NCBI GenBank assembly: GCA_000002435.2
Contig: CM018790.1
DNA length: 64,000 nucleotides
Origin: Giardia intestinalis
Lineage: Eukaryota
Direction: 5' to 3' (one strand)
The position numbers were made by a program, and so were the translations under genes. Below the pieces are notes generated by a model that did no database searches, was not told the origin of the DNA, and saw only the letters and a list, made by a program, of their open reading frames with translations. Numbering within the stretch: the stretch's first letter is position 1; each line of letters opens with the position of its first letter. Below are positions 18,119-28,947 of this stretch, one piece after another.

Positions 18119-19771
18119 CCCTTCTCTCTGGCCCGTCGGGGTCAGCCATCGCCTGATATCTAGTGAGCACCCGTTGTCCCGGGCCTTGCGTCGGTCACGG
18201 CGATCCTGTCTCAAGAGCAATTGACTCTGGCCATGTACTCTGGAGTAGCTTTGTGGTGCTGATGCTCCATGACGAAGATCGCGCCCCACGACCCCGGGTG
18301 TCGACTCCCGTTCCTCGGGGTGCCTCTTCATCTTCTCGTGGAGGGCACCATCTGTTCCATTATCAAGGATGCGCTCCCCGTGCGCCTCTGTCTTGGAGTC
18401 ATAGTACGCATTCGTGGATGCCAGCGGAGCACTCCCATGCGGTGGTGTCGGGGGAGAAGTATGGCCCTCCTATTCATGGATCGAAGGGCGCTCTTGCAGG
18501 CGGTCCGTCACCCAGCACGAGACCGCATCGGCGCCCATCCTGTGCAGTGCGTCTGGCTCAGTGACGTGTGGGCTGGTCCATCTGCACCGCAAAGCACGCT
18601 TGGGGGAATGATTCGGTCTGTCGAGGCGTCATCCAAAGCATCAGAAGCGATCAGGACCGGTTCGTCGTTAGGCCGTCTCTCTCTACAACCGGCACCCATC
18701 TACTCGATGATGTCAGGCACCGCCAGCTGCTGTAGTAGACGCCCAGTAGGTGGACCCCCAGGCTGCCGCTGTCCTGTATAGCCAAAAACGCAATGGGCTT
18801 CTTCAGGTCCGAAACAAGTATCTCAGCTAGAGACCCTGACCAGTCCGTTGAAGGATTCGTAGAAGTCATATGGCGTATCAATTACCAGCTTCAGATGCTT
18901 TGATGTACTCGCGATCGCCCTGAGGGCTGCAGATAGCCGCTCTTTCGAGACTGGGTTCCCAGGAAGAAAACTTTTCATACCTTCTGGATGCTCTTACGCT
19001 TAGCAATGTTAATCGTTAGGCCCCAGCCTCTCGCCATCTGAGCTACGCCTCTACTAACGTCGGTGGTCCCTACGAGACATTGCGACGGAAGTTGGGGGCG
19101 CCATCGACCCATGTAACAAGACATAGGCAGTGCCCAAGTTCTAGCGCCCAAGGGGAGTAAGCAAAGGGGACGGAGTGTCCCTGAAACAGTAGTGCAAGAG
19201 CTGAACTGGTGATTCCTGCAGCAGGGACTCATGGAGATCTCTTTCTCCACCAGAACTAGATGGCATCCGAATCATCGGATCTCAAATTCAATGAGCAAGA
19301 ATGTTGTCCACCGCAGCCGTTCTCTTTGAGTAATTTAGTCGGACAGCAGCTGGCAAGCTTGCCGTAATGAACCAAAGCAAACTATGTGGAGGCGTCTATG
19401 CGTGACGGTGCCCTTGTCTATGCTGCGTTGTCGAGTATTGGCTCATCACAGCTGTCAGGCTGAGTGCGCTGTAGACTCTCTATGTGCGTAGCGCTTCCGA
19501 GAGTGGTAGTGTGTCGGCCGCAGAATGGGTGGGTCTGCTCTTCCTGGTGATCCGGTAGCGGCTCGATCGGCTGGCCGGAGACAGGGCCTGATCCGAGGAC
19601 CCTCAGCGACAGGCAGGACCCTGGGTGGCAAGCGGTCGCGAGGAAGCGAACAGCAGCCGCCTGTGGCCGGCCGGCACAGCCCGCGGCGGCGGGTGTGCCT
19701 CGCCGGGCCCCGGAGACGCCCTGGAAGGTCGCGGCGCTGCAGGCCAGAGCGTGCCCGCCCGGGCCCAAAGC
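18119..19771. repeat. Right arm of large inverted repeat (partner 10372-11996)
   Basis: 18612-19771 is the exact reverse complement of 10372-11531. 18119-18611 aligns to 11532-11996 with substitutions and a net 28 bp of indels. Weak similarity may continue to about 18016 / about 12090. The arm starts directly after the stop of the NEK pseudogene. Confidence 0.95.
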
Positions 19772-19863
19772 ACAGATGATGGTTCATTTCATCTATTTAC
19801 TAGAAGGCAACTAGCCGAATAGTCTGATAAGTAGCCTCTTCTTATGCATGTTAACTGAATAAG

Positions 19864-22281
19864 TCATATAACTGGGATATAACAGCATCCAATAATAACC
19901 CAGACAGCCGCAATGGTTTCTGCATATCCAAAGACAGAAACGTGCAGTCCTATACGCAGTTTATCCCCATGTGCCTCAACTATACTACGACTTTTATCGT
20001 TTGAAAGAAGCGTCTCTACAATAGGTGGAGCATAGAATCTTAGGCTCCCCATGACCTGCAACGGATAAACTATCAGTGTTTCACGAGAAGAAACATAATT
20101 TTTGAGCGCTACCTTCAAAGTCTCATTGCCTAACTGGCCGATAGTTCCACCCATGAGGCGTGTCTGTTCCCAGGATGCTACTGTGGGCGCCAATATCATA
20201 GAAAGCTGTTCAGATCTGGGTGTTGTCAGTCCAAGTGTTTGCCTCCGTGCTTCAATAAGCCTCCATATATCTGCTGTTAAATAACTGGACAGTGTAGCGG
20301 CCAAGGAGGGGCCAAACGGTTTTAGTATATTCTGGTTTTGAAGCAAACGTGGAAGACGGGTAGAAGTCACTAGATAATCATCGTCATCCATGTTATAGTG
20401 ATAGACATAGCTATTATAGACGCGTTCTATCATGGACTGATTGAAAGCTTTCCAAAATAAGGGCCTGGATATATCTAGAGATATGCCATGTATAAGTTGT
20501 TTTTCAGGTATGTATTGTAGTCTATTTGTACTTTGAATATTAACAAAAAGCATGGTTTCATTGAAAATGCAGTCTATTGTCTCATACGGAAAATGAATAA
20601 CAGTTCCAGCAGAATCAGAGTGTTTATCTATCTTGTATTGACCTTCTGTTGGCAACGAGTGCAGCTCTATCATACCTCCATGATCCGATAACAAGCAGTC
20701 CCAGAATTGAATCACCTGTGCACAGAGTGTGATAACGAACGCAGAGCGGACACTCCTATTTCCAGACACATCCGATTTTAGCCCTGGAAGAGCGCATGTG
20801 CCCAGAGCAACGAATGCCGGTATCTGATATCCTCTCAGCATCGAGCACAAGAGAACTGCCTTGTCAAACGGTGTACCAGCACCGACAGATAGCGTGGTGA
20901 TAACTCGAGACCAGACTAGCTCGTTGTTTCCTGATAGTCCAGCGGTGGCTGGAGTTGATTGGCGTCCAGGTGCTGGCATAAGTTGGATAAAGCGCATGCA
21001 ATAGCTAGCCGTTGGAAGGTACGAGCTTGTAAAGGGAGTGATAAGAGTGGAAATAGGGACCACCATTCCATCATCCCGAAGAGCATGGAGCTGAACAAAA
21101 CGCTTGTCTAGTCCAACCGAACTGGGCTGCGAGCCAAGATAGTCTCTCATAAATACGCTTGCGGTCCTATCATATTCTGCAAGTGCTCTGGAGACTGATC
21201 TTTTTGAGGTTGTTAATATGTCTCTAAGGGAGCGGAAGGAGGCTTCTTCAGAGACATCTGCACTGGTCAGAAGGGGCGTGAAAGTGATTGAAACGTTAAG
21301 AGTACCTAGCCGTATTTTTTCGGTTGGAGTGTTGGGTCCTGGTGCTTGAGAATAAGGGTACATGGGAACACTAACTGCCCCAGCCAGCAGAGAATTGGCC
21401 TTGGTCAGCTCAGTGAAGAACTCCACAAAGCCAACTCGTCCATGTGCATGAAGATACTGCATTCCTGAATAGCTGTGGAACACCGCAAGAAAGGTAAGGT
21501 CAGTTACTTTGAGATCTGAAATTGCTCTGAAAGAAGTCAGCGGAGTGGAGGATATACAGAATCGAATCTTTGAAAACGCTAACGGTGCAAGCCCTATAGT
21601 AGCATCACTTCTTTCACACTTGATTGGCGGACAGACATGCCGCAAATTTCCAAGAGCTATTGTGAGGGTAATCACGCCTTCCTCACTGACGCCAGATTGC
21701 CCACCAAGATTGTTACTACACGGAGGAGCAAGCTCACCCGAGGTGATCTGAACCTCTAGATGTTGTTCTACAAGAGTTCTAGACTCTCTAGCAGCGTGAA
21801 GCGCTGTAAGCATTGAGACGGAATCTCTAACCACTTCACTCATAGCACGTGTTGCCTGACGCTCTGTACTATTTAAATCATCGTGTGTATTCATAGACAA
21901 TACATTAGGCTGTGTGCCCCCCTGGACAGACTCCAAATGGCGGCGAGCTTGCTCTCTTCTTTCCATACGTTCCTCTGCAGACATTGATATGCAATCTGTT
22001 GGCTCTGCAGTGGCCCCAGAGCACTTCGACCTGTGAATAGCATATGCCTCCTTCACTGTTTGCTTATCAAAGGCCTGGTCAAAGTATCTTTCTGCCAGTG
22101 AGTGTACTAAGTTGGACTTTTCCAGGTATACTAAGAGACGCTTTTCTACGTCCCGTGGGTTCATATCTCTATCTATCTTTAGCTCTGGGTCCTTGGACTC
22201 ACTGAGTTCCTGGAAAATGCTCTGCAGCTGCTCTTTTGTAAGCTCTCTTAGAACGAACGCCTTAATGCTCTGGGAGTCCAT
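19864..22281 (-). CDS. Hypothetical protein, possibly CC2D2A-like (C2 + transglutaminase-like fold)
   Basis: 805-aa ORF with ATG start. The C-terminal half contains AVLLCSMLRGYQIPAFVALGT, MLFVNIQS, LDISRPLFWKAFN and a terminal ...AAVWVIIGCCY. These resemble my recollection of human CC2D2A ([40 protein letters not shown], ...SVWIYVASL). The assignment is unverified. Confidence 0.85.
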   Translation of the reverse strand: MDSQSIKAFVLRELTKEQLQSIFQELSESKDPELKIDRDMNPRDVEKRLLVYLEKSNLVHSLAERYFDQAFDKQTVKEAYAIHRSKCSGATAEPTDCISMSAEERMERREQARRHLESVQGGTQPNVLSMNTHDDLNSTERQATRAMSEVVRDSVSMLTALHAARESRTLVEQHLEVQITSGELAPPCSNNLGGQSGVSEEGVITLTIALGNLRHVCPPIKCERSDATIGLAPLAFSKIRFCISSTPLTSFRAISDLKVTDLTFLAVFHSYSGMQYLHAHGRVGFVEFFTELTKANSLLAGAVSVPMYPYSQAPGPNTPTEKIRLGTLNVSITFTPLLTSADVSEEASFRSLRDILTTSKRSVSRALAEYDRTASVFMRDYLGSQPSSVGLDKRFVQLHALRDDGMVVPISTLITPFTSSYLPTASYCMRFIQLMPAPGRQSTPATAGLSGNNELVWSRVITTLSVGAGTPFDKAVLLCSMLRGYQIPAFVALGTCALPGLKSDVSGNRSVRSAFVITLCAQVIQFWDCLLSDHGGMIELHSLPTEGQYKIDKHSDSAGTVIHFPYETIDCIFNETMLFVNIQSTNRLQYIPEKQLIHGISLDISRPLFWKAFNQSMIERVYNSYVYHYNMDDDDYLVTSTRLPRLLQNQNILKPFGPSLAATLSSYLTADIWRLIEARRQTLGLTTPRSEQLSMILAPTVASWEQTRLMGGTIGQLGNETLKVALKNYVSSRETLIVYPLQVMGSLRFYAPPIVETLLSNDKSRSIVEAHGDKLRIGLHVSVFGYAETIAAVWVIIGCCYIPVI

Positions 22282-22347
22282 GCTTCTGTCTGCTAAAAAC
22301 AGAAGGGCACAAAATCAATTTTTGGTAGTCTCTAGGATCTCGAAAGC

Positions 22348-25300
22348 ATGCGCTTGAATGAGCTTCTGGAGCAATACGGGCTTCAGAACCTTGAAAACTT
22401 ATCTCCAGGATCTTTTACTGATCTCCTAGACACATACTGTCGCGAGTTAAATGGATCCGCTGGTAATGCCATAGATGTCCTAGAGGAGCAAGAAGAGCTT
22501 CCTAAGGCGATCGTTGTATGCATAAGGAAAGCGACATCCCTTCTTCTAGATTCCAGTCATAACCTAGCTGTCTGTCCTTCATTTTGCAAGTTTTGCTCCC
22601 TTCTCTTTACCTTACTCTCTGAATTATCCAACAAGAAGCTTTTGTCTCAATATTCTATGCTTCTCCTTCAATCGTTGGCCAAAATTGCGCACTCTTTGTC
22701 ATCCAGTAGCTCCTTCAGTTCACTCTTTTCTGCTTCACCCTCATCTCGACGTTCACTTTACACCAAGGACACGTATCTTGCAAGCCTTTCTACGTCCAGT
22801 ACACTCCTTATCAGTCTCATTTCTTCGGGGACGGAGTTGGCCACAATTACCTTACTTTCTAACTCCAACAGGTCGGACGGACGAGTTGCTAATTACATAC
22901 AGCTTTTAGAATTTATAGCTACACACGGACCCTTGCTATACTTTATTGGATGTGCAGATTTAGATGACGTACAAACTGAACACGTACAGGTACAGATGCT
23001 TGCAATGGTAGAAAAGATTATACCGTCTTCTATCTTACACATATTGACACATAGAGCTAGTTGTCTGAAGGTCAACACATCAGATGCCCCGGCATCCTCC
23101 GAATTGAAGCGCCTACTTGCAGGGATAAAGCAGTACATGTTCTCTATGTATGCTCTCAGCATATATGCCCAAGGCCACGAAGCTAAGCAGGATGCAGAGG
23201 GTAGTGAGTCATATAGTGAGGACTCTGATCAAAGACTCGATATAAATAATCAAGACAGCACCACGAGTTATTGGCTGTCAGATATCGATGCAAACTTTTC
23301 TCTAGATGAAATGAGCTTTCTTAGATTATACGCCAGCACTGGACTGAGCTCTTTGAACAAAGCACTCGTCCTTTTCATTACTTCCACACTACGAAAGACC
23401 TCTATGGATAGCATGAAGGAGTGGCTTGGTGAACTGTACTCGTTTATCCCTCCATCTGGAAGGCAAATTACTGCGTTAGCTATTCTTTTGATCGAAAGGT
23501 TATTCTCTAGAGGCTTGAAAAGCTATGCACCCCTCTCTGGCTTCTTATTAGATCTGTCTGAGGTGTATTTCATGATGACTGATATGGGCGTATCTGTGCG
23601 CATCATAGATATCTTTGTAGAGATTCAAGCAAGCGGGCCAATAGGCAGGGAATATGTCAGCACCGTTCTTTACCGTAATTTGCTTCGAAATAGATTATCT
23701 GCAACATCACTACGCAGAAGGCAGGCCATATACCTTCTCCAAGAGTTATTTCCAGTTTCCGAAGAGGCAGAGCTGATATCTCTGGACATCGACTCCTTAA
23801 TTTCTGCACTTGGAGACAGTGACACAACGGTTCGGGAGGCCGCTATGGCATGTTCTATTGCCATTCTATCCAAATACTACGACTGTATGCCGTTTGCAGG
23901 GCGATCTAAGCTTCTTTCCAATCTTCTTGAGAGCACTTTCGATATCTCATCTACTATTCGATCCTTGGCCATCAACGGGCTTGTAGAGCTGCACAAAGTG
24001 CCCTCTCTTCGTGCAGATATTAGCTCGTTTGCTTATAATAACCGAGAAAAGCTTTCTCTTCTGCTGCTGGACAGTACACAAAGTGGCGAATCGAATATCA
24101 AAGCATCTGTTCAGCACGCATACATACGGTTCATTTGCAGCATTGCGCACGATGCTGCGCTCCTCTCCACCTCTGAGACCTCTTCTGGCACATCACAATA
24201 CAAAGTACTGACTACGAGTATGCGACTATTTTATTGCACTATCTACTCGCAACTGTTTAGTGGAAATCTTGCCATTTTAAATAACATCTTTCCGACGCCA
24301 ATACAAACGCTACTAGATGCCCGAGAAGAAAGCAGCACGAGCAAGGAAGGGGCAGATTCATCTGGAGGCGAAGTCTTCTTGTCGTTTTTGCGAAATATAA
24401 TTGTTTCGATGGGATACCTTTCAGGTCCTTTAGTCGAAGCTGTGGTAAAGTATCTCAGTGACGATATAGACTCCATGAAACAGCCAGAAACACGGTTGCT
24501 GGGACATGCTGCTGTGCTGAAACTACTTCTATCTCTAGCCTGCTATCTTTACGAAATTATAACTGTGTCTATGGAGAACGAAGAGGTTATACGGTATGTG
24601 ACATATGAGCGTGATCATGAGTATGATACTGGTCAAATAGAGACAAAGTCTATCGAATCCACTATGGAATTCTGCAATCCTTTGTCAATGCTCTTACGAC
24701 TAATACCAGAAGTCTATAGCCATGTCTCGTTGGAACAGACCAACGTCTCTAAGTCTGAACTGCGAGCAAGGCGCCGGAGTATGGCCCCGCTGGTTGGTGA
24801 CCTCACCAGAGAGTGGTGCTCTGGCTGTAGTGTTAAGTTGCTAGCTTTTTTAAAAGAAATATGTTACACAGGCACGGATTCTAAAGCCTCTATGCATGCA
24901 ATGGTGTTAGCCTTCCATTTAGAAAAGGTAGTCATGCAGTTAGATTCTGAGCTCCGTGATAATGAGCATACAGAGGGCCCTCCATTTAAAGAATCTTATA
25001 GCACTGAGTTCTCCAATGCTGCTGTTTCTTTCGCTCGGTCCATTGGCCAATCGTACTTGATAGAGCCGGCAACTTGGTACCTTGAATGCTTGTGCCACAC
25101 CCACGACTGTGCTTTTATAAACGCTGAATGTGTGGATGTCATAGACCTTTCTATACTCATTGCAGAGCGAACGGACTATGAAGTTGATGAATCTTTGTTA
25201 GGGCTCTCTGGCGCCACAAACTACAAAAGGATCATAATGCGATATTATAGCAAGGATTATAGCAAGAGCTTCATAGGTGCTAACAATGCTCTCGATGTTG

Positions 25301-26073
25301 TCAAGGAGACGATAGTGGAGATGGCTCAGTTGCTGGTTAGTGTCTACTCATGGAAAACGAACAAGACAGAGAACGACAATCACAAGTACATGGAGCGATT
25401 GATACTAGCGTGCTGTTGCAAAGCATGGTCACTGCTATGCTACTTGTACACACATTGGTTGCTTAGTGACGATGATGTCCTGCCACGGGAGCTTGAAGAC
25501 ATGTGGACAGCAGGTATCAGTCTGGTATTATTTTTCTGCACTTATCTATTCAAGACTGTCTATCGTAGCAGTCTGGGAGATTCTGACATAATCATCTCAG
25601 ATAGATCTTATAGCATGCTGTCACTGTTAGCTGGGATTGGAATAGATGCTATGATAATATCACTCTTGATCAATCTAAGCATATCGTATAGCCCTTTGGC
25701 GACGCAGATTATTATACAGTTTCATAATTACTTCATGAAGAATGATGTTCGTAGCAGTTCTTTTACCTTAAGGGCAATATGTATTAACAACGAGGGCGTG
25801 CTAGGGAAAGTATTTAGTACTGAAGAGCTGGAAACAGGGCCGGGAGCCCTTATGTCTCTGCTTTTACAAAAGTGCACTTCAATCATGCTTGAGCGAGCAA
25901 AAGCACATGGCGCAGAGCGTCAGAGGTGTATACTTTGTATCGTCGATAGGCTGATCACTTCGAAATCTCTTGAAGATTTGAGCCTCCGCGACGCTATTTT
26001 TACTTCAATGGAGCCAGATTCCAAAAAAGTCTATTATGACCTCCTCTTGCTAGCCAAGTGCTTAGATCATTAG
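22348..26073 (+). CDS. Large hypothetical protein, probably alpha-solenoid (HEAT/ARM-like)
   Basis: 1241-aa ORF with ATG start, 66 bp from the divergent neighbour. It has Leu-rich helical repeats and one clear HEAT-like unit (LGDSDTTVREAAMACSIAILSKYYD). No specific family recognised. Confidence 0.85.
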   Translation: MRLNELLEQYGLQNLENLSPGSFTDLLDTYCRELNGSAGNAIDVLEEQEELPKAIVVCIRKATSLLLDSSHNLAVCPSFCKFCSLLFTLLSELSNKKLLSQYSMLLLQSLAKIAHSLSSSSSFSSLFSASPSSRRSLYTKDTYLASLSTSSTLLISLISSGTELATITLLSNSNRSDGRVANYIQLLEFIATHGPLLYFIGCADLDDVQTEHVQVQMLAMVEKIIPSSILHILTHRASCLKVNTSDAPASSELKRLLAGIKQYMFSMYALSIYAQGHEAKQDAEGSESYSEDSDQRLDINNQDSTTSYWLSDIDANFSLDEMSFLRLYASTGLSSLNKALVLFITSTLRKTSMDSMKEWLGELYSFIPPSGRQITALAILLIERLFSRGLKSYAPLSGFLLDLSEVYFMMTDMGVSVRIIDIFVEIQASGPIGREYVSTVLYRNLLRNRLSATSLRRRQAIYLLQELFPVSEEAELISLDIDSLISALGDSDTTVREAAMACSIAILSKYYDCMPFAGRSKLLSNLLESTFDISSTIRSLAINGLVELHKVPSLRADISSFAYNNREKLSLLLLDSTQSGESNIKASVQHAYIRFICSIAHDAALLSTSETSSGTSQYKVLTTSMRLFYCTIYSQLFSGNLAILNNIFPTPIQTLLDAREESSTSKEGADSSGGEVFLSFLRNIIVSMGYLSGPLVEAVVKYLSDDIDSMKQPETRLLGHAAVLKLLLSLACYLYEIITVSMENEEVIRYVTYERDHEYDTGQIETKSIESTMEFCNPLSMLLRLIPEVYSHVSLEQTNVSKSELRARRRSMAPLVGDLTREWCSGCSVKLLAFLKEICYTGTDSKASMHAMVLAFHLEKVVMQLDSELRDNEHTEGPPFKESYSTEFSNAAVSFARSIGQSYLIEPATWYLECLCHTHDCAFINAECVDVIDLSILIAERTDYEVDESLLGLSGATNYKRIIMRYYSKDYSKSFIGANNALDVVKETIVEMAQLLVSVYSWKTNKTENDNHKYMERLILACCCKAWSLLCYLYTHWLLSDDDVLPRELEDMWTAGISLVLFFCTYLFKTVYRSSLGDSDIIISDRSYSMLSLLAGIGIDAMIISLLINLSISYSPLATQIIIQFHNYFMKNDVRSSSFTLRAICINNEGVLGKVFSTEELETGPGALMSLLLQKCTSIMLERAKAHGAERQRCILCIVDRLITSKSLEDLSLRDAIFTSMEPDSKKVYYDLLLLAKCLDH

Positions 26074-26159
26074 CTTAAATGGGGGCGCATAATTAAATAA
26101 ACCGGGAGACTCCCCTGACAGTTTCCCTGCGTTCCAATAAAAAATACTGTGGCCTGATT

Positions 26160-28427
26160 ATGCCAACTATACTTCCACGCTTCACTTATGTTAAACGGTC
26201 TGGAGACGCACTGACGCCTCTGGGCTCATTTGTTTGTCTTTTTCTCATGGCGATGGACCTGTTCTATGCGTATGCCCTGTCCTCGCAGCTAAGAGTCACG
26301 CAGGAACTTATGTTTTCTATGCCAGCCCACATAATTTCCTTGACTACGATAGTAGGCTTTATTCTTGCTGGGTATATTTCGTTGCCACTTCGCGGCCTTC
26401 TCACCTGTACGCTTGTGGGGTCGGCTATCCCTGTTTTAATCTGCGGAATCGTCTTGACAGCGGGGGCAGCTCCTGTAAGCTCCTGTAGCTATGGACTTGC
26501 CGCATTTGTGGGGATTGCGCTCGGGATTCGTGTCCCCGGCATCTTTGTCTATATGCTTGATGTGAGTCGGAGCCGATTGGGGAACCGTTCAGGGCTCGTG
26601 ATCTCTGGATATCTCTTTGCCTTTTGTCTATGTCTAGTGCAGCAAGCGTTTCTTTACCAAGCCATTGGAATGACAACCTTGAACAAGGCGACCTCGTCTA
26701 CAACTTCGTCTGAATTGTCAGCACTATATACAACTGCCATAACGCCACATATTTCCTATCTGACACTTTCTTATGGCATTGTTTTATCCCTGGGAAGTCT
26801 TATTTTCGTTATTAGTGCAATGCCACACAAGCTTGATCCTAAATCCGGGGATTACAAGCCGCAAACAAAGCGCCAAAAAATTTCATCGTTCAGAGCTGTA
26901 TCCTCTGAGGTTGCAGCCCCTATTGTCTCTCCATTTCACATTACTGGGGTTAAAGTGGGAGATCAGTACATCGCGAATTCCTCTTCGCACTTGAGCACTG
27001 CAAGCCCCCGGACAGCCTATTCTAGCACCATCAAGACGCCTCTAGATATTGCACAGGCAGAGTCAAATCCCCATGCGGTTCTCTCGTCAACTACCAATGG
27101 GTCGGTTATGTTTGCGGTCCATAGCGTTAATACCATGAAGAATATGACCTTTGCAGCATATGAAACATCCTTCAATAATAGCGGTAACGATGTCCGACAT
27201 AACGGAGTGAAGACTCTTCGCCTGTTCAACAAGGGTGTCCACAATAGACTTGCGTATCAAATATGCGCCTTGGTGTGCTTGTTAGCGTCTCTGGAGATTC
27301 TGTTTGCCGCGCTAGCTTACGTTCAGTACAATCTCTCGTCTATAGGGCACCTGAGGACGATATTCCTCCGCCTGGTACCGGATCTGGACAAAATAGGAGG
27401 CTCTACGGGCAGCACTGATCCGTCTAAAAGGCTATATTTACAAAACCTTTTTGCGCTGGCAATCTGGTGCGGAGTCTCCTGCTTTTTATTGTTTATTTTT
27501 TCCATTCTCGCTGCATTTGTCTCTCCCTTGTTTATTAGTTATCGTCAGCGTCTCCTAGAGCTTCCTGGCACCAAGAAGCTAATTTACACGCTCGTAACAC
27601 CAGCTATCCTCTCGTTTCTTCTTCTTTACCTCCCCAATCTGTTAGTTGCTTTCTTCTGTGGTACCACACAGTGCCCCGGATATGAAAATCCATTCACGAT
27701 CTATTTCGTTATTATAATATCAGTATTTGGCGGGTCCTGTGTTCTGTTTCTTGTCTCCCTTAGTATTGCACACATTTATGAGTTTACAGAACAGCTCAAT
27801 CGAAAGTTTAGCCGCCCCATTATTAGGCTCATGGCTCTCCCTTTGATTATCAATCCTCTTGTTGCTCGTCTGTTGGTGTTCGACTTATCTCGCATACCAT
27901 ACTTTTCGGTAGTTTACTCCGAGCTCAATAACAGTTCTACGTCACAGGCACTTGTTCTGGTTGGCATTCTTATTAGCATAAGTGGGCTGCTTACTGCCCT
28001 GGGACTGATACTGATAGTGGTCGGTAAGGGACACGAGCATACGGCACAAGTGGACTTTGAAAAGATAGGGATAACCCTTAAGTCTCCAAATGCATCTCGG
28101 AAGGGCGCAGGTAGTCTTCAGAAGAAGCCCTTAAAAGATGATGAAGTGCTCCATGAAATCCCGAAGCCTTTTTCACGCGTGCTCGTGGAGCCATCCGATC
28201 AGTCCCAGAGCCATGAAGAAGCTCAAAGCACGGGGGATCAAAGCCACTGTCTGGAAAAGGCACATCCTAATCATCCGACCACTGACAACGGTCCTTTAAG
28301 CCGATCAATTTATCAACACGAGGTTGTCTGCGACTCGTCGACTCCCGCGTCTCCAGCAAGCATTTCTCCAAACACTACTATGACTAGCCAGTTACGTAGG
28401 CCAAGAGACAGCCTCACAGACCCTTAG
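26160..28427 (+). CDS. Multi-pass membrane protein (transporter-like), hypothetical
   Basis: 755-aa ORF with ATG start. There are about 6 hydrophobic helices in the N-terminal third, a Ser/Thr-rich soluble loop, further helices, and a hydrophilic C-terminal tail. Confidence 0.85.
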   Translation: MPTILPRFTYVKRSGDALTPLGSFVCLFLMAMDLFYAYALSSQLRVTQELMFSMPAHIISLTTIVGFILAGYISLPLRGLLTCTLVGSAIPVLICGIVLTAGAAPVSSCSYGLAAFVGIALGIRVPGIFVYMLDVSRSRLGNRSGLVISGYLFAFCLCLVQQAFLYQAIGMTTLNKATSSTTSSELSALYTTAITPHISYLTLSYGIVLSLGSLIFVISAMPHKLDPKSGDYKPQTKRQKISSFRAVSSEVAAPIVSPFHITGVKVGDQYIANSSSHLSTASPRTAYSSTIKTPLDIAQAESNPHAVLSSTTNGSVMFAVHSVNTMKNMTFAAYETSFNNSGNDVRHNGVKTLRLFNKGVHNRLAYQICALVCLLASLEILFAALAYVQYNLSSIGHLRTIFLRLVPDLDKIGGSTGSTDPSKRLYLQNLFALAIWCGVSCFLLFIFSILAAFVSPLFISYRQRLLELPGTKKLIYTLVTPAILSFLLLYLPNLLVAFFCGTTQCPGYENPFTIYFVIIISVFGGSCVLFLVSLSIAHIYEFTEQLNRKFSRPIIRLMALPLIINPLVARLLVFDLSRIPYFSVVYSELNNSSTSQALVLVGILISISGLLTALGLILIVVGKGHEHTAQVDFEKIGITLKSPNASRKGAGSLQKKPLKDDEVLHEIPKPFSRVLVEPSDQSQSHEEAQSTGDQSHCLEKAHPNHPTTDNGPLSRSIYQHEVVCDSSTPASPASISPNTTMTSQLRRPRDSLTDP

Positions 28428-28470
28428 CACCCCTGAAATAAGCATCAAAAACAAAGAGATCAATTTACAG

Positions 28471-28947
28471 TCAATACTCCTCAGGGATCGTATAACAACC
28501 CTCAGATAACATAAAGAGATGGTCCACGCTGATGTCAAAGGTAAAAAACAGGTGTTTTTGGCTACATGTAACCTTGCGGAGATCCATCATCTCAGGGAAC
28601 GCTGAACAGAATGTTATTGACTGAAAAACGCTGCGACAAAGGCTATGGTAATCGCTTGCGGTGAACTGAGGAGATTTAGGAGGAGCCGCGGTGCATTTTT
28701 TTGAGGGCGCAAAAACATCATTGTTGGCACCTAGGGAGGGAGATTGCGTTATTGGGGATCTAATATCTCGTGTAGTGGTGATAATAGGCGAATCCACCTC
28801 CTCGTGGAGAAAGTCTGGCTCTAGGTCGGGGACACTCAAAGGTGCGTCTTCGTACGATATATTGCGCTTTAGAACAGGCTCGTGTTCGTGTACAGTTGGT
28901 GAAATAATACAAGAAGAAGGTTCTGCTGGGGTGGGTGTCTGATTCAT
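28471..28947 (-). CDS. Small hypothetical protein (158 aa)
   Basis: ATG start with an A-rich upstream region (aaaaaatcacacccaaATG on the minus strand). No recognisable domain. Confidence 0.5.
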   Translation of the reverse strand: MNQTPTPAEPSSCIISPTVHEHEPVLKRNISYEDAPLSVPDLEPDFLHEEVDSPIITTTRDIRSPITQSPSLGANNDVFAPSKKCTAAPPKSPQFTASDYHSLCRSVFQSITFCSAFPEMMDLRKVTCSQKHLFFTFDISVDHLFMLSEGCYTIPEEY

